A stretch of DNA of 64,000 bases from Pristiophorus japonicus. Taxonomy: Eukaryota. Location: the NCBI RefSeq assembly GCF_044704955.1, contig NC_091985.1, forward strand, positions 69,626,001 to 69,690,000, read 5' to 3'. Positions 36,602-49,390 of the stretch are shown in pieces (within the stretch, counting starts at the first letter, position 1; each line of letters opens with the position of its first letter). The notes beneath the pieces are model-generated. The model ran no database searches. It had not been told where the DNA came from and saw nothing but the letters and a program-made list of their open reading frames with translations. Both the position numbers and the translations under genes were made by a program.

Positions 36602-39600
36602 GGGATAGAACCTCCACTTTTTTCGCATGCTTAACGTCCACTTAACGCCCATTTTACCACAGAAATGACGTATAACGCCCAGATATTGCCCATTTTGGCA
36701 CAAAATGGAAACTGGCGGGCATTTTTCGGAAATTTATCGGCGAGTGTTACTTTCCCCATGGGCTTAACGCCAAGAAAAATGATTACCGCCCGCCCACTTT
36801 TTTGGGGTGGAATCAGCAGAGTGGGTGAATTCAACCCCCATAATATCGCCCAGCGTTACTTTCCGCAAGGAATTAACGTCGAGATTCAATATTCGCACAC
36901 GGCGACTGTTTTTTGTCATAAAGAGCATATTTACCCAAACTAGTGGCCATGGAGATCGGCCATTGTCAATTTCACCACCTCGCACACACATCGCCTACAA
37001 TATCGCTTGCCCAAAAAAACGACACAAAAAGTGGAACGAACCGGAACGAAGTCATGTTGTAGATCACGTGTCACGTCCTTTAAAAGGCTGCTGTGCTTCA
37101 ACCTCGGCAGAGTTCGGATGTACTCTGCAGGTCGTTAGAGTTGCTGTGAACATCTGTAAAAACATGTTGACCATACTGTGACCGATTGGAATTGAAGAGG
37201 TGTCTTCGCGGGACATTCCTTGTTTTTTAGCAATCGGTGGAAAACAGAGAGCTATTGCAATGGGGCCTGTCCTTTCTCACCCTCTCTTGGTGACCAAATA
37301 CATGCAGCAGACTCAACATTGCCGAAGGAATGCTGCACTGTATTATGTGCCCAATGTAAGAAGTGACAGACAGATGAGGAGGACCAGACATTACACCCCC
37401 TGCAAATACAAGGAGAAGCATTCTTACCTCGACTTGACCGACACCACCTGCCTTCAGAGACTGCGCTTCCACAAAAAGGTTATCCAGCTGATAACGGCAG
37501 ATCTGCAGCCTGCCAGCACCATCAGTACTGCACTGTCCGTCGAGTTCAAAGTCACCGCGGCACTGTTGTTCTACACCTCGGGATCTTTTCAGGCCACAGC
37601 TGGCGACATTTGCGGACTTTCTCAGCATGCCATACATCGCTGCTTTAGACAGGCCACTGAAGCACTGTATGCATGCAGGAGGGACTTGATCAGCTTCCCT
37701 ATGAACAGGGAGGCACCGAGTGAGAGCACTCGAGGATTCTCCATAATTGCAAATTTCCCAAGGTCCAGGAAGCAATATACTGTACGCATATCGCGATGCA
37801 GGCACCTTTTCAGAATGCTAAGGTTTTCAGGAACCGCAAGGGATTCCACTCCCTGAATGTACAACTCGTTGTTAACCACCAGCAAATTATATTGGCAATG
37901 AACGCTCAATTTCCGGGCAGCATCCATGATGCGCACATCCTGCGTGAGAGCACTGTATCTGAGCCACAAGGTCATAGAAACATAGAAATATAGAAACATA
38001 GAAAATAGGTGCAGGAGTAGGCCACTCGGCCCTTCGAGCCTGCACCGCCATTCAATGAGTTCATGGCTGAACATGTAACTTCAGTACCCCATTCCTGCTT
38101 TCTCGCCATACCCCTTGATCCATCCAGTAGTAAGGACTTCATCTAACTCCTCCTTTTTGAATATATTTAGTCAATTGGCCTCAAAAACTTTCTGTGGTAG
38201 AGAATTCCACAGGTTCACCACTCTCTGGGTGAAGAAGTTTCTCCTCATCTCGATCCTAAATGGCTTAGACTGTGACCCCTGGTTCTCGACTTCCCCAACA
38301 TTGGGAACATTCTTCCTGCATCTAACCTGTCTAAACCCGTCAGAATTTTAAACGTTTCTATGAGATCCCCTCTCATTCTTCTGAACTCCAGTGAATACAA
38401 GCCCAGTTAATCCAGTCTTTCTTGATAGGTCAGTCCCGCCATCCCGGGAATCAGTCTGGTGAACCTTCGCTGCACTCCCTCAATAGCAAGAATGTCCATC
38501 CTCAAGTTAGGAGAACAAAACTGTACACAATACTCCAGGTGTGGCCCCACCAAGGCCCTGTACAACTGTAGTAACACCTCCCTGCCCCTGTACTCAAATC
38601 CCCTCACTATGAAGGCCAACCTGTCATTTGCTTTCTTAACCGCCTGCTGTATCTGCATGCCAACCTTCAATGACTGATGTACCATGACACCCAGGTCTCG
38701 TTGCACCTCCCCTTTTCCTAATCTGTCACCATTCAGATAATAGTCTGTCTCTCTGTTTTTACCACCAAAGTGGATAACCTCACATTTATCCACATTATAC
38801 TTCATCTGCCATGCATTTGCCCACTCACCTAACCTATCCAAGTCGCTCTGCCACCCAACTTAGTGTCATCCGCAAATTTGGAGATACTACATTTAATCCC
38901 CTCGTCTAAATCATTAATGTACAATGTAAACAGCTGGGGCCCCAGCACAGAACCTTGTGGTACCCCACTAGTCACTGCCTGCCATTCTGAAAAGTATCCA
39001 TTTACGCCTACACTTTGCTTTCTGTCTGCCAACCAGTTCTCAATCCACGTCAGCACAATCCCAATCCCATGTGCTTTAACTTTGCACATTAATCTCTTGT
39101 GTGGGACCTTGTCAAAAGACTTCTGAAAGTCCAAATACACCACATCAACTGGTTCTCCCTTGTCCACTCTACTGGAAACATCCTCAAAAAATTCCAGAAG
39201 ATTTGTCAAGCATGATTTCCCTTTCACAAATCCATGCTGACTTGGACCTATCATGTCACCTCTTTCCAAATGCTCTGCTATGACATCCTTAATAATTGAT
39301 TCCATCATTTTACCCGCTACCGATGTCGGGCTGACCGGTCTATAATTCCCTGTTTTCTCCCTCCCTCCTTTTTTAAAAAGTGGGGTAACATTGGCTACGC
39401 TCCATTCCATAGGAACTGATCCAGAGTCTATGGAATGTTGGAAAATGACTGTCAATGCGTCCGCTATTTCCAAGGCCACCCCCTTAAATACTCTGGGATG
39501 CAGTCCATCAGGCCCTGGGGATTTATTGGCCTTCAATCCCATCAATTTCCCCAACACAATTTCCCGACTAATGAGGATTTCCCTCAGTTCCTCCTTCTTA

Positions 39601-40916
39601 CTAGACCCTCTGACCCCTTTTATATCCGGAAGGTTGTTTGTGTCCTCCTTAGTGAATACCGAACCAAAGTACTTGTTCAATTGGTCTGCCATTTCTTTGT
39701 TCCCTGTTATGACTTCCCCTGATTCTGACTGCAGGGGACCTACGTTTGTCTTTACTAACCTTTTTCTCTTTACATATCTATAGAAACTTTTGCAGTCCGT
39801 CTTAATGTTTCCTGCAAGCTTCCTCTCGTACTCGCTTTTTCCTGCCCTAATCAAACTCTTTGTCCTCCTCTGCTGAGTTCTAAATTTCTCCCAGTCCCCG
39901 GGTTCACTGCTATTTCTGGCCAATTTGTATGACACTTCCTTGGCTTTAATACTATCCCTGATTTCCCTTAATAGCCAAGGTTGAGTCACCTTCCCTTTTT
40001 TATTTTTACGCCAGACAGGGATGTACAATTGTTGTAGTTCATCCATTCGGTCTCTAAATGTCTGCCATTGCCCATCCACAGTCAACCCCTTAAGTTTCAT
40101 TCGCCAATCTATCCAAGCCAATTCACCCCTCATACCTTCAAAGTTACCCTTCTTTAAGTTCTGGACCATGGTCTCTGAATTAACTGTTTCATTGTCCATC
40201 CTAATGTAGAATTCCACCATATTATGGTCACTCTTTCCCAAGGGGCCTCGCACAACGAGTTTGCTAATTAATCCTCTCTCATTACACAGCACCCAGTCTA
40301 AGATGGCCTCCCCCCAGTTGGTTCCTCGACATATTGGTCTAGAAAACCATCCCTTATGCACTCCAGGAAATCCTCCTCCACCGTATTGCTTCCAGTTTGT
40401 AGCCCAATCGATATGCATATTAAAGTCACCCATGATAACTGCTGCACCTTTTATTGCATGCACCCCTAATTTCCTGTTTGATGCCCTCCCCAACTACTAC
40501 TGTTTGGAGGTCTGTACACAACTCCCACTAATGTTTTATGCCCTTTGTTGTTCTGCAGCTCTATCCATATAGATTTCACATCATCCAAGCTAATGTCCTT
40601 CCTAACTATTGCATTAATCTCCTCTTTAACCAGCAATGCTACCCCACCTCCTTTTCCTTTTATTCTAACCTTCCTGAGTGTTGAATACCCATGGATGTTG
40701 AGTTCCCAGCCCTGATCATCCTGGAGCCACGTCTCTAATCCCAATCACGTCATATCTGTTAACATCTATTTGCACAGTTAATTCATCCACCTTATTATGG
40801 ATACTCCTTGCATTAAGACATAAAGCCTTCAGGCTTGTTTTTTTAATACCCTTTGTCCTTTTAGAATTATGATGTAGTGTGGCTCTTTTTATTTCTTGCC
40901 TTTGTTTACTCGATGG

Positions 40917-42738
40917 ATATGTAAAGAGAAAAAGGTTAGTAAAGACAAATGTAGGTCCCCTGCAGTCAGAATCAGGGGAAGTCATAACGGGGAACAACGA
41001 AATGGCAGACCAATTGAACAAGTACTTTGGTTCGGTATTCACTAAGGAGGACACAAACAACCTTCCGGATATAAAAGGGGTCAGAGGGTCTAGTAAGAAG
41101 GAGGAACTGAGGGAAATCCTTATTAGCCGGGAAATTGTGTTGGGGAAATTGATGGGATTGAAGGCCGATAAATCCCCAGGGCCTGATGGACTGCATCCCA
41201 GAGTACTTAAGGAGGTGGCCTTGGAAATAGCGGATGCATTGACAGTCATTTTCCAACATTCCATTGACTCTGGATCAGTTCCTATCGAGTGGAGGATAGC
41301 CAATGTAACCCCACTTTTTAAAAAAGGAGGGAGAGAGAAAACAGGGAATTATAGACTGGTCAGCCTGACATCGGTAGTGGGTAAAATGATGGAATCAATT
41401 ATTAAGGATGTCATAGCAGTGCATTTGGAAAGAGGTGACATGATAGGTCCAAGTCAGCATGGATTTGTGAAAGGGAAATCATGCTTGACAAATCTTCTGG
41501 AATTTTTTGAGGATGTTTCCAGTAGAGTGGACAAGGGAGAACCAGTTGATGTGGTATATTTGGACTTTCAGAAGGCTTTCGACAAGGTCCCACACAAGAG
41601 ATTAATGTGCAAAGTTAAAGCACATGGGATTGGGGGTAGTGTGCTGACATGGATTGACAACTGGTTGTCAGACAGGAAGCAAAGTGTAGGAGTAAATGGG
41701 TACTTTTCAGAATGGCAGGCAGTGACTAGGTTCTGTGCTGGGGCCCCAGCTGTTTACACTGTACATTAATGATTTAGATGAGGGGATTAAATGTAGTATC
41801 TCCAAATTTGCGGATGACACTAAGTTGGGTGGCAGTGTGAGCTGCGAGGAGGATGCTATGAGGCTGCAGAGTGACTTGGATAGGTTAGGTGAGTGGGCAA
41901 ATGCATGGCAGATGAAGTATAATGTGGATAAATGTGAGGTTATTCACTTTGGTGGTAAAAACAGAGAGACTGACTATTATCTGAATGGTGACAGATTAGG
42001 AAAAGGGAAGGTGCAACGAGACCTGGGTGTCATGGTACATCAGTCATTGAAGGTTGGCATGCAGGTACAGCAGGCGGTTAAGAAAGCAAATGGCATGTTG
42101 GCCTTCATAGCGAGGGGATTTGAGTACAGGGGCAGGGAGGTGTTGCTACAGTTGTACAGGGCCTTGGTGAGGCCACACCTGGAGTATTGTGTACAGTTTT
42201 GGTCTCCTAACCTGAGGAAGGACATTCTTGCTATTGAGGGAGTGCAGCGAAGGTTCACCAGACTGATTCCCGGGATGGTGGGACTGACCTATCAAGAAAG
42301 ACTGGATCAACTGGGCTTGTATTCACTGGAGTTCAGAAGAATGAGAGGGGACCTCATAGAAACGTTTAAAATTCTGATGGGTTTAGACCGGTTAGATGCA
42401 GGGAGAATGTTCCCAATGTTGGGGAAGTCGAGAACCAGGGGACACAGTCTAAGGATAAGGGGTAAGCCATTTAGGACCGAGATGAGGAGAAACTTCTTCG
42501 CCCAGAGAGTGGTGAACCTGTGGAATTCTCTACCACAGAAAGTTGTTGAGGCCAATTCACTAAATATATTCAAAAAGGAGTTAGATGCAGTCCTTACTAC
42601 TAGGGGGATCAAGGGGTATGGCGAGAAAGCAGGAATGGGGTACTGAAGTTGCATGTTCAGCCATGAACTCATTGATTGGCGGTGCAGGCTAGAAGGGCCA
42701 AATGGCCTACTCCTGCACCTATTTTCTATGTTTCTATG
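40917..42738 (+). mobile_element. CR1 copy B, 5'-truncated, inserted antisense into copy A
   Basis: ORFs 40879..41769 and 41735..42646 (RT; small deletion near 41730); tail TTTTCTATGTTTCTATG; ATGG at both junctions. Confidence 0.94.
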
Positions 42739-42834
42739 GCCTTTTACTGTTGCTTTTTACCTTTCTACCATCTGTTTCTGACTCCATATTACTTCGCCCT
42801 ATCTCGCTGCATAGGTTCCCATCCCCCTGCCATA

Positions 42835-43147
42835 TTAGTTTAAATGCTCCCGAACTGGATTTGCAAATGTTACCCCCAGGACATCAGTTCCAGTCCTGCC
42901 CAAGTGCAGGCCGTCCCTTTTGTACAGGTCCCACTTCCCCCAGAACTGGTTCCAATGTCCCAGGAATTTGAATCCCTCCCTCTTGCACCAATGCTCAAGC
43001 CATGCATTTATTCTAACTATCCTGCTCCCTCTACTCTGATTAGCATGTGGCACTGGTAGCAATCCAGAGATTACTACCTTTGAGGTCCGTCTTTTTAATT
43101 TAACTTCTAGCTCCCTAAATTCAGCTTGGAAGACCTCTTCAGCTTGG
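42835..43147 (-). pseudogene. CR1 ORF1 C-terminal SGNH/esterase-like domain
   Basis: VVISGLLPVP...INAWLEHWC...DLYKRDGLHL carries the DxxH motif of CR1 ORF1 esterase domains; lies upstream of copy A ORF2. Confidence 0.85.
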
Positions 43148-43752
43148 AGGTCCATGCTGGATGCTTGGTGACAAAGGATATGGCCTCACCACCTGGCTGA
43201 TGATCCCACTGCATGCCACCCACACCGAGGCTGAGAGGCGATACAGTGAGGGCCATAGAGCAACTCGCAATATCGTGGAGAACACCATTGGAGTGCTGAA
43301 GCAGTGCTTTAGATGCCTGGACCACTCAGGAGGCGAGCTCTAATACCAGGTAGCTCAATTCATGGTGGTGTGCTCCATGCTACACAACTTGGCTATCAGG
43401 AGGGGACAAGAATTGCCTGATGACTCTGACAATTCACCGCACCAGAGAGAGGAAGAAGAGGATGAGGAGGCAGACGCTGACATTGGCCCAGACAATCAGG
43501 CTGATGCTGAAGCCATGCCCATGCCCCCGCCCCCCTGTAGACATCATGAGAGGGCCCATGGTGGTATGATAGCTGCAAGAGCCTTACGTCAGGAGCTCAT
43601 CAATGATCGCTTTGCCTGAAAGAACATTGGTGTTATTTATAAGGCTGACACACTGCTGGGTGTGCAGATCATACATCAATTCTGGGCATCACCTTGGTGA
43701 CAGTTAAAGTTTAAGTTAATTGAAGTTAAGTGTGATGTTAAGGAATCACCAG

Positions 43753-44320
43753 TGTTGGAGTCGATTTTCGGACATAGCAAAGCATGATGGGGTAAGCCAA
43801 CTATCTGCCTTTTCACTAAATGAACTTTGTACCAAGAAGCCTAATGAACTCTGCAGCAACAAGTGACTCATGGCCAGGTGCAGACCACTGTTTCATAGAA
43901 AGCTTTGCAACAGAATAACTAACCACAAATGAAGATACAGAGGAAGGGCCACCAAACTCGCGCCATGCTATCGGGTTTCACTAGGACTAAAAAATTGTGC
44001 AACAATATGATTGGTTGTATGTAAATGAATTGCGTTGCCATATGGATTGATTTGTTGTATGTAAATGAATTGCGTTGCCATATGGATTGATTGGTTGTAT
44101 GTAAATGAATTGCGTTGCCATATGGATTGATTGGTTGTATGTAAATGAATTTAAATGATTGTATTCCGCCCTCTGTTAACTGCTTAACCCCGCGGCACCA
44201 GGCACTCGGAGAAGGTGCTTCGCAGGTCGCGGGACCTCAACTCTTCTCCCAGAGCTCTGTTAGCAATAACGTTGTCTCTCTTACCTTACCAGAGTCTATG
44301 TGAATTTATTTTCACTAACA
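43753..44320 (+). mobile_element. 568-bp solo LTR (ERV or Gypsy type)
   Basis: TGTTGG...CTAACA termini; CCAG TSD at 43749-43752 and 44321-44324; strand inferred from the repeat array preceding an AATAAC signal. Confidence 0.8.
44008..44151. repeat. 40-bp tandem repeat, about 3.6 copies
   Basis: Unit TGATTGGTTGTATGTAAATGAATTGCGTTGCCATATGGAT; GTAAATGAAT recurs at 44021, 44061, 44101 and 44141. Confidence 0.95.
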
Positions 44321-47300
44321 CCAGCATGTAATGGTGCAGCTATCTGAGCCAATGTGCTGCAAGGTTTTGTTCAATAAAAAACATTTAAACCGAACATTAG
44401 TCTGAAATCATCAGTATTTCTGTACAAACCAACCCTTTACTGCCTCGCCACCCCCCCCCCCCCCCCCCCCCGCTTCTCCTCCCCACCTCTACCCCTTCCA
44501 CTTACCTTCCTGACTCCAAGCCACCTGGCTGAAGAGGTCCTCAGGCGATGCTTCATTGGGGGGGTGGCAGCCAAAGCGATGCTTGGACAGTTACAGGAGA
44601 GGATGGTCCAGAGGTGGGAACGTGCTCCAAGATGTTGCTGCTGGCTCTCATGTGTGGTTGGCAATGGGGGTGCAGTGCCACAACTCTGGATCACTGGGAG
44701 CTCTCTGCCACCAGTGTTCCTGGCTACCAGCTCCAGGGTCTCCTCCATCCCTTCTATTTTATATCTTATTTGTTGGACAAAAACTCGGTGGCAACTCTGT
44801 TCTTGGTGCTTAGTAGGCTTTTTGCTGCTGGCGAATCTCCGTCATTCCTCCCATAGCAGCCAGACAAGCACACACCACACCCACACACACTTTCAGAGCC
44901 TCTGAGTTTCCGCTCTCTGTCTCCTCTTCTGCACATGCTATGATGACCCTGAATCGTGGGAATCAAGCGTTGCCATGCCATTGCTAAGGACGGCCACACT
45001 TTACGGCAGGAGGTCAAAAAAATTTAACGCTACCTTCCATTTGATATCGCTCGTGGTAACGCCCATTTTCAAAAATGGAAACTAGGTGTTTTGAGAATGG
45101 GCGAGAAGCCGGTGATCAGAAAACTAATTTTTAATGCCCACGCCGGAAATAACGCCCATTTTGGGGCGATAAGCACAAAAGTGGAGGTTCTAGCCCTATG
45201 ATTCTATAATTTCTGGAGGCAACGTCTTTTTCTGTTTCGAATTAAAATCACTCAACCATACCAATCTCCATGACCACTTTCCACTTTCTGTGAGTCAAGT
45301 AACAACTGGGAGTTGATATCATAAACAAATAATGGTGCGCAAACGACTGATGGAAATAAATGTACTGTAGATTATAACGGTGGATCACAGATTTGATTAC
45401 CCACTCCACTGGATTCCCTATTTAAATTACGGGAGACTCACTGGAGAAGCTGGTCTCGCTTGGTTTCACTTCACACTATTCTTGGGCCTTGACACCCAAT
45501 TTACACTCCATAAATTTAGCATTGACGAAAAGCTGGAACCACTCAACATTGATGCTAAACTTGTGTGAATGCACCATAAACTTCTTCAAAATATATCTCT
45601 TAAAACTGGCTTTTTTTGGAGCTTTAGTCACAAGCAGTTTGTGTTAAACAAGTGAAGAATGCCAGTGTTACTTGAGGCTATGAATGACTCCCTTCCAAGA
45701 ATGGGACAATGTCAATAGTTCTAAGTATTCCTACAGGCTGTACCTGACCTGTGAGTTCAAATACACTCATTTTCCAGCATTGTTTCTGTGCTAAACAAGG
45801 ACAAACAGGTTATTTGTTTGTAATTTCCCTGAAAGAATAATCATTAATTTTACAACTCTGTGGTTGTTGCAGCTCAGCTCAATTGAGTACACCTCACCCA
45901 GATTACTCCTGTGGGGTGGTTGTTGGGTTGTTTAGTGACAGATATTATTTATTATGTTTTCCCCAAACAGACATGTTATTTTCATCAAGCTGTTGCTTGC
46001 TTTAGGTTCCGGCTTTCAAATGAAAGTAGTTCTGTCATCACACAAATGTTGTTTGTTTCACTGAAGTCTGGCTGTGCATTGAGCAAACACAGCAGATGGG
46101 AATATGACAGTAATATATGTTTACAAGTACTGTTGGTGACTATTCTCTGCAGGTTGACAGAAGTGACTAAAGGATGCAGTACAAAGTGTCACCAAGCCAC
46201 TGCATAAGTGATGGTTTCCCAGACGTCTCAGAAACTGGAGCACACCAGTAAACTGGGGCTTTTGTTTTGTTTTTTTCCACCAGTACAGGTGAAAAAAATG
46301 GTAAAAATACTACATGTACAGGTTACAGACTACAGGTAAGGGTAAAGGAGAGTCATGATTGGCTGAGAGCCATTGGCAAATCCCTTATTAAAATTCACCG
46401 ATCTGCATCTGCTGTTGTAAAGTCTAGCAAATCAGTCAGAAAAGGAAAACAAATTTGAATATATAATGAGAAAGGTAAACAAATACAGTACAGTGAGATT
46501 CTAATGTCGACAATGACTCAAAGCTGTGCGCTTATGTAAGTTTTGTCTCATATTACAATAGTCCTTAATGCGCTGAGATCAACAATAAATGCAGAATTTC
46601 TCATTCATTGTTGCTAATTCTTTTAACCTATGTTTATATACAATTTTAGTGGAGTCAATTCCAATTAGCTAACTCGAGATTAACATTCTTTTTATGCTTA
46701 AATGGAACAGTATTTTCACAATGATGCGTCAATAGAGAGATTGTACCATTTAAACTTTTCATAAAGGTAGGTCACTCACCTTTTGGTTAGTAGCACTCAT
46801 TCTTTGAATTATGTTAAACTTCATAAAGGGATAACAAGCCACGCAACCAGAAAATCACATCAATGCTTCTCCTATTGAGACTTTTCTGCTGAAATTTGCA
46901 TAGATTTTTCCTTTCTGTACATTCCAGAATCTCAGCCCACGTGGAATTTTTAAGTCCTTGTACCAGAAGAGCTTAAGATGATGGACCAAGGTCCATGGCA
47001 TTTGCTCTGTGACAGTATCTCACCCAATTCTTTTCTTTTAAACTTTTTTAGGCAAGCCACATTTCGTAACACAAGCTAACCTAAGAGTGATGAGCATGCA
47101 TGAATAAACTATGATACCCAATAATGTAAACATGACAAGTTATAGCTGCATACCATTATTTGTTTGAGATGCCAACTCTCAGTTCTTGTTTGACTCACTG
47201 GGAATTGGAAATGTGTCATGGAGATTGCAATGGTTGAGTTGCTTTCATTTTAACATGAATTTAACACTGGTACATTCTCCATACATGCTGAAAACTATCA

Positions 47301-49390
47301 GACACAGGAGAGGATAGTGGGAAATACTCATTTGGAAAAAATGAGTGCTAGACACATAAAGGTGAATAATCTACCTCGCTTATTTATTTATTTTCACAGC
47401 TCATACTGTCAAGGTTCTATCTCCTTTTGGCAGATGAGAAGCTGTCTATATGAGATTTAGCCAGGTATGGAGAGCATTCTATCAAACTGATCTGTTAGTT
47501 GTCAGATCTAAGCAAAAAATGCTTGAAGAAAATAGGAGGTCTTCTTCAATGCCAAGATTATAGGTTTGAAACTTGGTCTTCAGATAACTATTGCTCTGAT
47601 GAAGTATCGTTTATCTCTTTATGGGGTCCCTTTCTTCTAAACTGCAGGAACATAGAATATAATCCTTTCACTGCTTTCTAACTGGTTTATCCAGCATCTT
47701 TTTCCATAAGGATACAACAACTGAGGGAACTTTTGGCAAAGTATTTTTAGTCTGATAGTTGGGCTATGAAAATATTATGTAGGCAGTGCTTCTTCAGGAA
47801 ATTGAATTCAGGGACGGCGTTAGGGGAAAATAGGCTGTTTTCAAATTAGACAAGATGGGTCACAATATGTCAAGGGCATGGGGGCCACTATTCCTAGCAA
47901 TTTTTTAGTGAAGTATTTCTCATTTAATATAACGTTTCTTGTCAGTAATTGCCATTAGTTTTTTAAATGCAATTTTTCAAAAATTTGGTACAAATAAAAA
48001 TAAAAGTAAAAATGCCATGAAAGTGAATAATGGGTTAATACAGTTTTACTTTAATTGTCATTTGCATTGGTAGACTCACTATCAAGCATAGGTCACATTG
48101 CTGCCGTTTACATGAGTATTTTACTGTGGTGTAATTATGGAGAGGGTAAGGCTGCATTAGGTGGAGTACAGCATAATTTCCTTGGCCTTCATTAATTCCT
48201 GTCACCTCTGTATGATCAAGTATTGTTAAATGATTCTGCTGCATATCCAGCATGGGCTTTTCTACCTTTTGAGAATATAGTTATGGTTAGCTATCGTTTC
48301 TCATAATTGTAGGGTTAACTGGTCCATTATGCCTTGTATTGCTTTGGGTTTAAAAAGTGAATACATAAATTTAGGTCCAAGACTGTAAGGAATTAAGCAT
48401 TTCAAAATGGCAAAGTAGTGTTCAAATCAATTTCTGGAAAATGGGGAGAAATAGCTTTCTCCTGGAGATGATATATGTTTCCAACAGCCCATTTACAGAT
48501 GAAAAACTACCAGTGAGTAAGGTATTAACCAGTACATTTACTAATGAATAAATATCAGGAAATACGGTGATGGGTAGATCATTAGCACACTGGATGGACA
48601 TGAAGAGACCTTGCCGACTATAATGGAGCCATGAAGGCAATTAGAGATCTATTGTTAGCAACACTATGATCTGTTGGAATTGTAGGCTGGCTGTTCCCGA
48701 CCCCTCTCTCATTGGAGTAAACATGTAACCTCTTGATTCATTGGGCAGCTATTACAGGTAAGAACTAAGAACCGATGCCAAGCCAAAGAACAATGCTATT
48801 GGTAAATGTGCTACCTCCTGGAAATGTTGTTCAAATTTGATAGCTATAAAAACTGGAAGTCGGTTTTAAAGGATAGAACTTTTAATCAGCAAAGTGTGTG
48901 GCAGATTCAAAGTGTTTGTTTCTTTTTAAAGTACTTACAATATTGTGAATTTTAATCCTGAAGACAACAAAAGTCTTGCATCAACTCAACGAATGAAGAC
49001 CATATTCTTCTGATGGTTCCAGGTTGACTTCCATTTTGTAGGAATGCCAGTTGCCATGGGGAAAAAGAAAACTCACAGCCCAAATTGTACTTCCTACATT
49101 GGGAAGAATCAGGATCTGATAATCACTTAAAAATGTCAGTCCTCTTTTCATCATTCACTGGAAGCTCACAAGTTGCACACACGTGAAGCACAAATGTGTA
49201 GTCAAATGTAAATCTGACACTGCATGAATATAAGGGTACAGTAGCATTGTGGTTATGTTACTGGACTAGTAACCCAAAGACTTGGATTAATGATCCAGAT
49301 CTGTGAGTTCAAATCCCACCACAGCAGCTGGGAGATTTAAAATTAAATAAAAATCTGGCTTAAAAAGCTATCACCAGTAATAGTGACCAT

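Larger units (their letters stand above)
37974..43147 (-). mobile_element. CR1 LINE copy A (ORF1 3' end, ORF2, tail), interrupted by CR1 copy B
   Basis: Tail at 37974-38005; ORFs 38407..38841 and 38829..40493; AGGTC direct repeat at 37969-37973 and 43148-43152. Confidence 0.93.
37260..43619 (+). pseudogene. HARBI1-like Harbinger transposase, split by the CR1 at 37974-43147 and frameshifted
   Basis: ALLFYTSGSFQ, FRNRKGFHSLNVQLV, FPGSIHDAHIL, then LGDKGY, RNIVENTIGVLKQCFRCL, CSMLHNLA and an acidic tail. Confidence 0.92.
36602..45196 (+). mobile_element. PIF/Harbinger DNA transposon (about 2.8 kb after removing nested inserts)
   Basis: TIRs GGGATAGAACCTCCACTTTT and GGGCTAGAACCTCCACTTTT (19/20); TAT TSD at 36599-36601 and 45197-45199; DDE transposase inside. 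Confidence 0.93.

Noticed and set aside
37260-43619. Domesticated host HARBI1 gene
   Set aside because: Flanked by intact TIRs and TSD, frameshifted, and interrupted by LINEs, so it is a dead transposon copy
44008-44151. Regular 40-bp repeats resembling a CRISPR array
   Set aside because: Head-to-tail tandem units with no unique spacers, no cas genes, vertebrate context, and located inside an LTR
46140-48765. AG..GT exon-like segments at about 46153-46334, 47400-47464 and 48686-48758
   Set aside because: Stops in all three frames; could only be non-coding exons and cannot be supported without transcript data
49234-49325. tRNA gene
   Set aside because: A and B boxes are present but there is no proper cloverleaf, and it continues into a SINE body and tail
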